The notes below the pieces were generated by a model, which did not search any database, had not been told where the DNA came from, and saw nothing but the letters and a program-made list of their open reading frames with translations. From an uncultured Methanosarcinales archaeon (GTDB lineage Archaea > Nanobdellota > Nanobdellia > Woesearchaeales > SKGA01): 37,672 bases of DNA. Location of the stretch: the NCBI GenBank assembly GCA_964611285.1, contig CAZSZY010000003.1, positions 1 through 37,672 on the forward strand, in the 5' to 3' direction. The position numbers and the translations under genes are program-made. Within the stretch, counting starts at the first letter, position 1; the number at the start of each line of letters is the position of its first letter. Positions 18,440 through 27,733 of this stretch are shown piece by piece.

Positions 18440-18521
18440 AAAAGTAAATAGTATTTTGTAAATGAGAAAGAGTTTAAAAAAGAAGTGGTAAAAAATAAAA
18501 ATAATTAGAAATATCAAAACA

Positions 18522-19103
18522 TTAAAATGTTTTGGTTAAATGAACTACAAGTCCACCATCTTTTGATTTTAAGTAAGCAACATCATCTACATATGCATGC
18601 ATAAAAGACGTTCCCGTTCCATTATTTGTCGCGGGTTTTTCTTGATTTGAGAACTGATAATAATTATGAAACGTTTTTTTGTAAGAACCTTCAAGACGCA
18701 TGTTAAGAATAAATGGAATAAAATCTGCTTCAAACTGTCCGCCTTCATCAATAATTGCTGTGCGAACTTTATCTTCCTTAATAATGTAGACAAGCGTCAC
18801 ACTTTTTTTTGAATCAAGCTTGTTACCATGTTGATGAGCGTTTAATGTTGCTTCATATAATGCAGTAAAGAAATTTGGATTACAACCTTTTTTCTCGGCA
18901 GACTTTGCAATTTTTTCTACAGCATCTCTAATGTGAGGCGCGTAATTTTCTGAAGGAAATGTATATCTATTTACACGATAAGTTTCAGGAATTTCAAAAG
19001 TAGGAATAGTATCAAAATCAGCTAAGCTAACTAGACCTCCACGTTTCGCTTTTAGACGAACAAAAGAAGCATCATTCGCAAAATTAAAAATATCTTCATT
19101 CAT
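18522..19103 (-). CDS. RsbW/SpoIIAB-like GHKL ATPase (anti-sigma-type kinase fold)
   Basis: N-box EATLNAHQHG, G1 DEGG.F, G2 GTG..FM..YVD.V.Y. Confidence 0.75.
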   Translation of the reverse strand: MNEDIFNFANDASFVRLKAKRGGLVSLADFDTIPTFEIPETYRVNRYTFPSENYAPHIRDAVEKIAKSAEKKGCNPNFFTALYEATLNAHQHGNKLDSKKSVTLVYIIKEDKVRTAIIDEGGQFEADFIPFILNMRLEGSYKKTFHNYYQFSNQEKPATNNGTGTSFMHAYVDDVAYLKSKDGGLVVHLTKTF

Positions 19104-19242
19104 TATACTATTAAGAAAGTTATAATATATAAATGTTTGTTTTAGTTGTCATTTAGTAGTAGTAATTAAAATTAGTTCTTTTTAAACCACTAAGTATTTA
19201 AACGCGCATTTCGTACAAAAACCTGTGTAAAAGGGGCAAAAT

Positions 19243-21114
19243 CTGATTATTATTCAAAAGGCACTTATTATTAACGCTACAACAAGTAGCTTCGAAGAAA
19301 CTGAAGTCAATGATCCAGACAGTTTAGGCCCTATGGACTATGGTCTAAAAGTCTACAAAGAAGATAAAAACGCACTTATTTTCGGACAAGGACTTCTAGC
19401 GGGTTCGCCCATACCCGGCACGCACCGTATGATTGTAACCGGGCATTCACCCCAATGGGAATTATTCTATGACAGCACAATGGGAGGCGCAACCTACGTT
19501 ATGCTTCGGCTCGGTATTAATTATATCCATCTTAAAGGAAAAGCTCAAACACCAAGTATTCTTAAAATCAATCGAACAAAAGAAAAAGGAATCTTCATCG
19601 AGTTTATTCCAGTAGACATTGAAACTATTTGGAAAGGGTATAAAGATGAGATTGGATTTTATGCACTACAACAATTTGTCTTTGACGAGTATCATGAAGA
19701 GTTTGGCGCTTGCAGAATTCTTGCAACAGGACCTGCTGCAAAATATTCAAAGTCAGGCGCAATAGGTTCAGCACCAATAGAACGAGGAGAAGTAACACCT
19801 GTTGATTGTTGGGCTGGACGAGGAGGACTAGGTAGCCAACTGTTCCAACAATTAGGAATTGCAGCAATTATCTATGGTGGTGAAGAAGCACTACGAAACG
19901 AAAAACTCACTGACAGAAAAAAAATTGACGAAATGTTTCTGAAAAAGTTTGACGTTAAAATGATTAACGAAGATATGGTTGCAACAAAAAAATATCGATA
20001 CGATGAATCATTTCACACAGGGGGAACATTCGGTGTTAACTTTGCAAAAATAAAAGGGGAATTATTCTGTTTTAATTATCGCTCAGTAAATTGGACAGAA
20101 GAAAAGCGACTAGACGTTCATAAAAAGTTTATTCTTGATCACTACCTTCGACAATTCAACGAAGAAAGTATTGTTACAAAACAATTCAAAACATGCGGAG
20201 AACCATGTCCTGCAGCATGTAAAAAAATGCACGGCAAGTATAAAAAAGATTATGAACCATATCAAACACTTGGACCAAATACAGGCATTTTTGATCAACG
20301 AGCAGCAGAACTAGTAAATCACTACGCTGACGGAATGGGTGTTGATGCGATACAAATAGGAATTATGATTTCTTGGGTGATGGAATGCTTACACGAAAAT
20401 ATTTTTCCAAAAGAAGACTTTGGTTTAACAAAAGACCCAAAATTTAATCCAGATGACTTTCACGTTGTTAATGACTCCATGCACAACGCAGAACTTGCAA
20501 TAGAAATTATAAATCTTATTTTCTTTAGTGACAGGGGAGAAGTATTTCATGATGGCATTCGAGTTGCCGCACATAAACTTTCAGAAAAATATAGTTCGAA
20601 AGCAATGCACTTAGCAATCTACAATTCACACGGCAAAGAAGGAAGTATGATAGCAAACCAATATTGGTCACCAGGCATGTATAGTCCGATGCCACTTATG
20701 GGAAAATATTGTACATCCTATGGAATGGATTATATGGAACCACGAGAGATAGGACATAAAAATGTTGAACGAATGATCATGGAACTTTATTCTGATAATG
20801 GTGGTCTTTGTCGCTTTCACAGAAAATGGATTGAAGAAATTTATCCAAATCTTATTAACGAACTCTACGGAGAACATATTGATATGTACTCCCACCATAG
20901 AAAACTAGCACAAGACATTAATTGGTATAACAAACCAATATTTTGGGAAAGCCAACGGATGATAGAACTTATGATAGGCTATCTCAAGCGAGAAGCTGAA
21001 AAAAATGAAGGTGCAAGAGTTTGGATTGAGAAATTTAAAAAAGATATGTGGGGAACAGCCAAAGAATACTGGCAAGAAATATTGAACGGACAAAATGAAG
21101 CATTCACAGATTAA
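19243..21114 (+). CDS. gor: Glyceraldehyde-3-phosphate:ferredoxin oxidoreductase (GAPOR; W/Mo-pterin AOR family)
   Basis: GS.IPGTHR, STMGGA, WAGRGGLG, TCGEPCPAACKK, DYEPY..LGP, D.MG.DAI, CRFHR. Frame is open from 19231; start proposed at CTG 19243 rather than ATG 19333. Confidence 0.85.
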   Translation: MIIIQKALIINATTSSFEETEVNDPDSLGPMDYGLKVYKEDKNALIFGQGLLAGSPIPGTHRMIVTGHSPQWELFYDSTMGGATYVMLRLGINYIHLKGKAQTPSILKINRTKEKGIFIEFIPVDIETIWKGYKDEIGFYALQQFVFDEYHEEFGACRILATGPAAKYSKSGAIGSAPIERGEVTPVDCWAGRGGLGSQLFQQLGIAAIIYGGEEALRNEKLTDRKKIDEMFLKKFDVKMINEDMVATKKYRYDESFHTGGTFGVNFAKIKGELFCFNYRSVNWTEEKRLDVHKKFILDHYLRQFNEESIVTKQFKTCGEPCPAACKKMHGKYKKDYEPYQTLGPNTGIFDQRAAELVNHYADGMGVDAIQIGIMISWVMECLHENIFPKEDFGLTKDPKFNPDDFHVVNDSMHNAELAIEIINLIFFSDRGEVFHDGIRVAAHKLSEKYSSKAMHLAIYNSHGKEGSMIANQYWSPGMYSPMPLMGKYCTSYGMDYMEPREIGHKNVERMIMELYSDNGGLCRFHRKWIEEIYPNLINELYGEHIDMYSHHRKLAQDINWYNKPIFWESQRMIELMIGYLKREAEKNEGARVWIEKFKKDMWGTAKEYWQEILNGQNEAFTD

Positions 21115-21133
21115 CACAAACATAAACAAAGGA

Positions 21134-21775
21134 ATGGAACGATTAGGCATGCTTATGGGCGTTCTATTTATAGGATCTATTTGGGGACTCTTAGAAGCAA
21201 CAATGGGCAACATCTTGCACTGGTTTGGACCACATCCAGGTACAGGTCTAATTATGACATCACTTGCTATAGGATTTTTGACCTTTGGGAAAAAACTCTA
21301 TCCAAAACGATGGACGAGTGTTGTTATGGGCGTTATTGCTAGTGGGTTTAAAGCATTAGATTTTTTTGTTCCAGGCAGTAATGTTTTTCACCCGATGATT
21401 GCTATCATGGCAATAGCACTTACCTTTGAAGCAGCAGCATACCTCACTGACAAAATGAAAGAAATACAAGTACAAAAAGCAGTTGCGGGATTTGCAGTTG
21501 GCTATGTCTCAATAGCAGCATTTGCTTTTATTATGGCATATATCGTTCACTATTACTATTGGCTCAACAAAGGCATTGGGGGAATATTCAAATACCTAGC
21601 AATTGAAGGATGGCAATTCGCAGTAGGCGGCATGATTATGAGTTTACTTGGATATAATCTTATCACTTGGTTAGAAAAAGGAACAAACGTTGTCAACTTT
21701 GTACAAACTAAAGCATTTAACTATGTTGCTTTAAGCACAAGCGCAGTATGTGCAACAATTATAATTATTGTATAA
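21134..21775 (+). CDS. Polytopic membrane protein, possibly ECF S-component-like
   Basis: About 6-7 TM helices; N-terminal GSIWGLLEATMGNILH. Start uncertain (21095/21134/21149). Confidence 0.6.
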   Translation: MERLGMLMGVLFIGSIWGLLEATMGNILHWFGPHPGTGLIMTSLAIGFLTFGKKLYPKRWTSVVMGVIASGFKALDFFVPGSNVFHPMIAIMAIALTFEAAAYLTDKMKEIQVQKAVAGFAVGYVSIAAFAFIMAYIVHYYYWLNKGIGGIFKYLAIEGWQFAVGGMIMSLLGYNLITWLEKGTNVVNFVQTKAFNYVALSTSAVCATIIIIV

Positions 21776-21800
21776 AAAAATAAAAAAGGAAAGAAATAAC

Positions 21801-22184
21801 ATGAAAAAAATAATTTTACTACTTGGACTATTAATAATTCTTGCAACGCTAAGCGCTTGCGCAGAAGTTGATCCAAATCAAGCAAAAAATGATTTAGGGG
21901 GAAAAATAGAAATTGATATGCAAGCAATGAAAGCAGACATGACCATAACAATCTACAATGAAGAAAAAGCAATACGACTTATTGATTTTGTCACACTTGA
22001 AAACCCTGAAGATTACACATACCGAGTTGTAGCATCTGATGGTTATAGCCCGGACCCTTTTAATTATTCGGACATAGAAACTGGTTATTGGTTATTAGAA
22101 ACAGACGAAACGTTTTTTCCGGACAATAACTTAGGAAGTACACGACTTCGAGAACCATCAAAAATAATACCGATAACAAAATGA
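21801..22184 (+). CDS. Lipoprotein with a sulfite-oxidase/molybdopterin-binding-like subdomain
   Basis: MKKIILLL...LSAC lipobox; YRVVASDGYS motif. Confidence 0.55.
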   Translation: MKKIILLLGLLIILATLSACAEVDPNQAKNDLGGKIEIDMQAMKADMTITIYNEEKAIRLIDFVTLENPEDYTYRVVASDGYSPDPFNYSDIETGYWLLETDETFFPDNNLGSTRLREPSKIIPITK

Positions 22185-22687
22185 ATATAATCATAAATGG
22201 AAAAAAACAGTCTGGCAAAACAAGAGTAGCTGAAAAGCTAGTTTCACTACTTCGGCAAAAAGGAATTGCCATTGGCGGCGTTCTTAATGTTGGTGATAAA
22301 TTGCTTAATGTTGGAACAGGAACTAAAACAACGTTTCATTACGAAACAGAAAAACCTAATACTCTCAAAATAGGAAAATACTTTATTGACACCAATGTAC
22401 TTGCAAAGGCAGAAGAACTTGTCAAAGAATCAGTAGATGATGGAGAATACACGTTTATTGATGAATGTGGAAAACTAGAATTACAACAACAAAACGGATT
22501 TTATAAAGTTATAAAATATTCACTTCCAAAAGGAAAATGCATTATTTGTATTCGAGATATGAATGTGAATGATTTTTTGAATGTCTTTGAACAAAACAAA
22601 GAAAATACTAAAATATTTACGCTTACTGAAGAAAACAGAGATGCCCTCCCTCAAACAATATATAATTACATCACTGAGACGAAATGA
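22181..22687 (+). CDS. NTPase_1 (THEP1/DUF2478-like) P-loop NTPase
   Basis: GKKQSGKT Walker A, IGKY, FIDECGKLE Walker B. Confidence 0.85.
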   Translation: MNIIINGKKQSGKTRVAEKLVSLLRQKGIAIGGVLNVGDKLLNVGTGTKTTFHYETEKPNTLKIGKYFIDTNVLAKAEELVKESVDDGEYTFIDECGKLELQQQNGFYKVIKYSLPKGKCIICIRDMNVNDFLNVFEQNKENTKIFTLTEENRDALPQTIYNYITETK

Positions 22688-22730
22688 TAAAAATTTAAAA
22701 GGAGAAAAAAAGCAAAAATAAGTGATTACC

Positions 22731-25700
22731 ATGGCAAAAAAATATATTACCATTGATGGCAATACCGCAGCATCCAAGATTGCGTATCAATTTAGTGAAG
22801 TGGCAGCAATTTATCCTATTACCCCATCATCTCCTATGGGAGAACTAGCAGATCTTTGGTCAGCGAAAGAACAAGTAAACATGTTCGGTCAAACAGTAGA
22901 TGTTGTTGAAATGCAAAGTGAAGGAGGCGCATCAGGCGCCGTTCACGGCTCACTTTCTGCAGGCGCTCTTACCACCACCTACACCGCATCGCAAGGACTT
23001 CTTTTAATGATCCCAAACATGCATAAAATTGCTGGCGAAATGATGCCGACGGTATTTCACGTTGCTGCACGAAGTCTAGCAACACAAGCACTCTCTATCT
23101 TCGGCGATCATAGTGACGTCATGAGTACACGAAACACTGGTTTTGGTTTAATGGCGGCAGGCAGCATACAAGAAGTACAAGACCTCGCAGTCATTAGTCA
23201 TCTAGCAACACTACGAGCGCGAATACCATTCCTTAATTTCTTTGATGGATTTAGAACATCGCATGAGTTACAAAAAATAGAAGATATCGATAATGAAATT
23301 CTTAAAGAAATGATTGATATGAAAGCAATTAAAGAATTCAAAGAACGAGCACTTAGCCCTGAACATCCAATGGCAAAAGTTGGTGCTGAAAATCCAGACG
23401 TCTATTTTCAAGGAAGAGAAACAGTCAATAAATATTATAACGCCTGTCCTGGCATCGTTAAAGACTACATGAAACTCTTTGCAGAAAAAACAGGACGAGA
23501 ATATCATTTGTTTGATTATGTTGGAGCGCCCGATGCAGAAAAAATAATTATTGCAATGGCATCAGGAAACGAAACTATTCATGAAGTTGTTAATTATCTT
23601 ACTAGTAAAGATGAAAAAATTGGAATGATTAAAGTCAGACTCTATCGACCATTTAGCGTTGAAGACTTACTTGATTCAATTCCAAAAAGCGTGAAAAAAA
23701 TCGCAGTCCTGGATAGAACAAAAGAACCAGGAAGTATTGGCGAACCATTGTATCTTGATATTGTCGCTGCACTTAATAGCAAAGTAGGACAAGAAAAAGG
23801 ATTTGGTAATAGCGTACAAGTAGTTGGTGGACGATTTGGACTTTCTTCAAAAGAATTTAATCCCTCACATGTAAAAGCAGTATATAATCATTTAGATGGT
23901 GAGTGTACACACGGGTTTACTGTGGGAATCATTGATGATGTGACACATACCTCGCTAGACGCTTCTGAAATTATTGACTCAGAACCAGCAGATGACATTA
24001 AATGTAAATTCTGGGGTTATGGTTCAGACGGAACTATTAGCGCAAATAAAAATTCCATTAAAATTATTGGTGAGGATACAGATATGTATGTACAAGGACA
24101 CTTTGCCTATGACTCTCATAAATCTGGAGGAGTAACTATATCTCATCTTCGATTTAGTAAAGAGCCAATTCGCTCAACATATCTCTTAACACACTCAAAC
24201 TTCATAGCCTTACATAGAACTGCATACATTAATCAATACGATATACTCGAAGGAATTATTGAAGGCGGAACATTTCTCCTTAACTGCCCGTGGACAGTTA
24301 ATGAAACATTTAACCATCTAACAGCAAATATGCAAAAAACCATTCGAGAAAAAAATATTAAGTTTTATGTTATAGATGCAACAAAAATTGCGCAAGAAGT
24401 AGGACTAGGCACACGTATTAATACCGTTATGCAAGCTGCATTCTTTAAACTTTCAGGAATACTTCCTGAAGATGAAGCAATTGAAATGATGAAAAAAGCA
24501 GTCGAAAAACAGTTCTCCAAAAAAGGAAAGAAAATTGTTGAAATGAACTGGCAATGTATTGATAATACAAAATCTGCAGTCATGGAAGTTGCAATTCCAC
24601 AAGGTGAAACGTCTAACGTTCCAGAAAAAGAACATGTTTCAAAAGACGCAGATGACTTTGCAAAAGATGTTGTTGGTCCAATTTTAGCATTAAAAGGAGA
24701 TACTATTCCAGTTTCAAAAATGCCACTAGATGGAGCAATACCAACAGGTACAGCAAAACTTGAAAAAAGAGGAATCGCATTAACCATTCCTAAATGGATT
24801 TCAGAAAAGTGTATACAATGTGGTATTTGCTCAATTGTTTGTCCTCATGGAGCAATACGAACAAAACAAATTGATGGAAAAGATTTAGTTAAAGCACCAG
24901 AACATTTTTCCGTTATTAAATCAAATATAAAAACACTTAAAGAAATATACTTCAAAGTACAAGTATATCCAGAAGATTGTGTGGGTGTGGAAGCTTGTGG
25001 AAATTGTATTAGACAATGTCCTGTGAAAGATAAAGCATTAGTTGCAAGCCCAATTGCAGATGAACGCGCAGCAGGTGAAAATGAGAACGTAGCTTTCTTT
25101 AACACACTACCAGATAATTTAGAAGGAGTAAATATTAATTCTGTAAAAGGTAGCCAACTCAAAACACCACTTTTTGAATTTAGTGGCGCTTGTGCAGGTT
25201 GTGGAGAAACACCATACGTTAAATTAGTCACACAACTCTTTGGAGAACGTATGATAATTGCAAATGCAACAGGATGCTCATCTATTTATGGAGGAACATT
25301 CCCCGTAATACCATTTACTAAAAATAAACAAGGTCAGGGACCTGCATGGGCAAATAGTTTATTTGAAGATAACGCAGAATATGGTTTTGGATTTAGACTA
25401 GCAATTGATGCAAATAGAAAACTTCTCAAAACAATATGTGAAGATGTACTTTCAAAAGGCACAACACCTGAACTAGGAACTGCTTTGAAATCAATACTTG
25501 ATTCTTGGGAAGGGATTGACGAGCAAGCTCAACAAAACGCGAAAAAGATTAAAGAGTTACTTCCTGAAGCAATCAATCAAAGCAGTGATGAAATCAGAAG
25601 ATTACTAGAACGAATCAACGAACTTAAAGATTATTTTGTTGATAAAAGCGTTTGGATAATTGGTGGAGACGGTTGGGCATACGATATTGGCTTTGGCGGA

Positions 25701-26297
25701 CTTGACCACGTACTCGCTTCAGGAAAAAATGTAAATGTGCTGGTTTTAGATACAGAAGTGTACAGCAATACAGGTGGTCAATGCTCTAAAGCAACACCAA
25801 GAGCAGCAACAGCAAAGTTTGCAGTAGCAGGAAAAGAACAACCTAAAAAAGATTTAGGGCATATGATGATGACATATGGAAATATCTATGTTGCAAGTGT
25901 TAATCTAGGAGCCAATATGGCGCATGTCGTTAAAGTATTTCATGAAGCAGAAAGCTACGATGGACCATCAATTATTATTGCATACTCACCATGTATTGCA
26001 CACGGAATCGATATGAAAAAAAGTACTGAGGAAGGAAAGTTAGCAACAAAATCAGGTTATTGGCCACTCTATCGCTACGATCCTCGAAAAGAAGTCGATG
26101 GCGGAAATCCGTTTACGTTTGATTCTCCAACACCAAATGTACCTTTTAAAGATTATATTAATAATGAAATACGATATAAGAGCTTACAAATTCAATTCCC
26201 TGATCGAGCAGACAAACTCTTTGACCTAGCTCAAAAAGATAATGACTGGCGAAACAAAGAATATGATGAAATGGCTCATCAAAAAGATAAAAAATAA
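22731..26297 (+). CDS. nifJ: Single-chain pyruvate:ferredoxin (flavodoxin) oxidoreductase
   Basis: IYPITPSS, MQSEGGA, FDGFRTSHE, 2x[4Fe-4S] motifs, EFSGACAGCGE, GGDGWAYDIG. ATG 22731 follows SD-like AAGTGA. Confidence 0.96.
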   Translation: MAKKYITIDGNTAASKIAYQFSEVAAIYPITPSSPMGELADLWSAKEQVNMFGQTVDVVEMQSEGGASGAVHGSLSAGALTTTYTASQGLLLMIPNMHKIAGEMMPTVFHVAARSLATQALSIFGDHSDVMSTRNTGFGLMAAGSIQEVQDLAVISHLATLRARIPFLNFFDGFRTSHELQKIEDIDNEILKEMIDMKAIKEFKERALSPEHPMAKVGAENPDVYFQGRETVNKYYNACPGIVKDYMKLFAEKTGREYHLFDYVGAPDAEKIIIAMASGNETIHEVVNYLTSKDEKIGMIKVRLYRPFSVEDLLDSIPKSVKKIAVLDRTKEPGSIGEPLYLDIVAALNSKVGQEKGFGNSVQVVGGRFGLSSKEFNPSHVKAVYNHLDGECTHGFTVGIIDDVTHTSLDASEIIDSEPADDIKCKFWGYGSDGTISANKNSIKIIGEDTDMYVQGHFAYDSHKSGGVTISHLRFSKEPIRSTYLLTHSNFIALHRTAYINQYDILEGIIEGGTFLLNCPWTVNETFNHLTANMQKTIREKNIKFYVIDATKIAQEVGLGTRINTVMQAAFFKLSGILPEDEAIEMMKKAVEKQFSKKGKKIVEMNWQCIDNTKSAVMEVAIPQGETSNVPEKEHVSKDADDFAKDVVGPILALKGDTIPVSKMPLDGAIPTGTAKLEKRGIALTIPKWISEKCIQCGICSIVCPHGAIRTKQIDGKDLVKAPEHFSVIKSNIKTLKEIYFKVQVYPEDCVGVEACGNCIRQCPVKDKALVASPIADERAAGENENVAFFNTLPDNLEGVNINSVKGSQLKTPLFEFSGACAGCGETPYVKLVTQLFGERMIIANATGCSSIYGGTFPVIPFTKNKQGQGPAWANSLFEDNAEYGFGFRLAIDANRKLLKTICEDVLSKGTTPELGTALKSILDSWEGIDEQAQQNAKKIKELLPEAINQSSDEIRRLLERINELKDYFVDKSVWIIGGDGWAYDIGFGGLDHVLASGKNVNVLVLDTEVYSNTGGQCSKATPRAATAKFAVAGKEQPKKDLGHMMMTYGNIYVASVNLGANMAHVVKVFHEAESYDGPSIIIAYSPCIAHGIDMKKSTEEGKLATKSGYWPLYRYDPRKEVDGGNPFTFDSPTPNVPFKDYINNEIRYKSLQIQFPDRADKLFDLAQKDNDWRNKEYDEMAHQKDKK

Positions 26298-26327
26298 AAA
26301 GGATTACCCTTAACAAATAAATAATAG

Positions 26328-26522
26328 GTGATACGTATAGTACGAATAGAAATTAATTATGAAAAACTCGGCGATGATAAAAATGTTCTAGATGTTTGCC
26401 CATCTAGTGTTTTTGAAGAACAAGACGGCAAGATCGTAGCAGCACGACCAGAAGATTGCACCATATGTAGAGCGTGCGAAGCAGCAGCACCAGAAGGCGC
26501 AATAACTGTTATCGACGAATAA
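26328..26522 (+). CDS. Mono-cluster [4Fe-4S] ferredoxin
   Basis: VCP...CTICRAC; four Cys only. Start may be ATA 26337. Confidence 0.85.
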   Translation: MIRIVRIEINYEKLGDDKNVLDVCPSSVFEEQDGKIVAARPEDCTICRACEAAAPEGAITVIDE

Positions 26523-26557
26523 GTAAAAAGAAAAATTATTTTTTTATTATTTTAATT

Positions 26558-27724
26558 CTATTTTATTTTAAGAAGTTTCTTGGTTTCTTGAACTATCATC
26601 AATTCTTCATTCGTAGGAATAATCATAACTTTTGTTTTTGAAGAACGTTTGCTAATAACAGGTTTGTTTTGACGATTCTTCTTCGCATCAAGAACTACAC
26701 CAAGATTAGCAAGGTGTTCACAAATAAGGGTTCTTAAGTAAAATGCACCCTCGCCAATACCACCAGTAAAAACTATTGCATCAACACTATCTAAAATAGC
26801 TTCATACGCACCAATATACTCAGTTACCCTATGCGCAAACATTTGTAAAGCCAAACGACACTGCTTATCGCCCTCAACAGCTTTTTGATGAACAGTTCTT
26901 ACATCAGCGTATTTATCGATGCCAAGCAAACCAGATTTCTTATTAAGAATGGTAATGACTTCATCAACTGATATTTTCTCTTTATCAGCAATGAAAGAGA
27001 CAATAGCAGGATCTATATCGCCACTTCTTGTTCCCATCATCAAACCTTGCAAAGGAGTGAAACCCATTGAAGTATCAATAGACTTATTGTTTTTAATAGC
27101 AGTCACACTAGCACCATTACCTAAATGACATGTTATCGCATTAATTTTTTTAAGATTAAGAAGTTTTTTTGCCTGTAACATAACATATTTATGACTTGTC
27201 CCATGAAAACCATACTTTCTAATTTTATATTTTGTGTAATACTCATAAGGAATGCCATACAAGTATGTTGATTTAGGAATCGTCTGATGAAAAGCAGTGT
27301 CAAACACAGCAACTTGTGAAACTCTCGGAAGTTCTTTTTTGCACGTAATGATTCCTGCTAGATTAGGCGGATTATGCAAAGGAGCAAGTTCGCTTAAGGC
27401 ATCAATAGTTTTTATTACCGCTGCATTAATTTTTACCGCATCTTTATACATCTCACCACCATGAACTACTCGATGACCAATGGCTTTAATAGTGGAAAGA
27501 GAAGTTATTTTTGAGATTGTGTTTAATACTAAACGTACTGCTTCATTATGATCTTTTACTTTTTGCTTTCTTGTTGTACTTTGACCATCAATAGTAAATA
27601 AAACTTTACAAGTCTTTTGACCAATACCGTCCACATGACCTTTCATTAAAACTTTTTCTGACTTGATATCAAACAGTTGATATTTTAACGATGAACTTCC
27701 TGAATTTAATACTAATATACTCAC
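26558..27724 (-). CDS. ackA: Acetate kinase
   Basis: LNSGSSSLKYQ, GHRVVHGG, FDTAFHQT, HLGNGAS, TRSGDIDP, PTNEE. Confidence 0.97.
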   Translation of the reverse strand: MSILVLNSGSSSLKYQLFDIKSEKVLMKGHVDGIGQKTCKVLFTIDGQSTTRKQKVKDHNEAVRLVLNTISKITSLSTIKAIGHRVVHGGEMYKDAVKINAAVIKTIDALSELAPLHNPPNLAGIITCKKELPRVSQVAVFDTAFHQTIPKSTYLYGIPYEYYTKYKIRKYGFHGTSHKYVMLQAKKLLNLKKINAITCHLGNGASVTAIKNNKSIDTSMGFTPLQGLMMGTRSGDIDPAIVSFIADKEKISVDEVITILNKKSGLLGIDKYADVRTVHQKAVEGDKQCRLALQMFAHRVTEYIGAYEAILDSVDAIVFTGGIGEGAFYLRTLICEHLANLGVVLDAKKNRQNKPVISKRSSKTKVMIIPTNEELMIVQETKKLLKIK

Positions 27725-27733
27725 TTTTCATAA

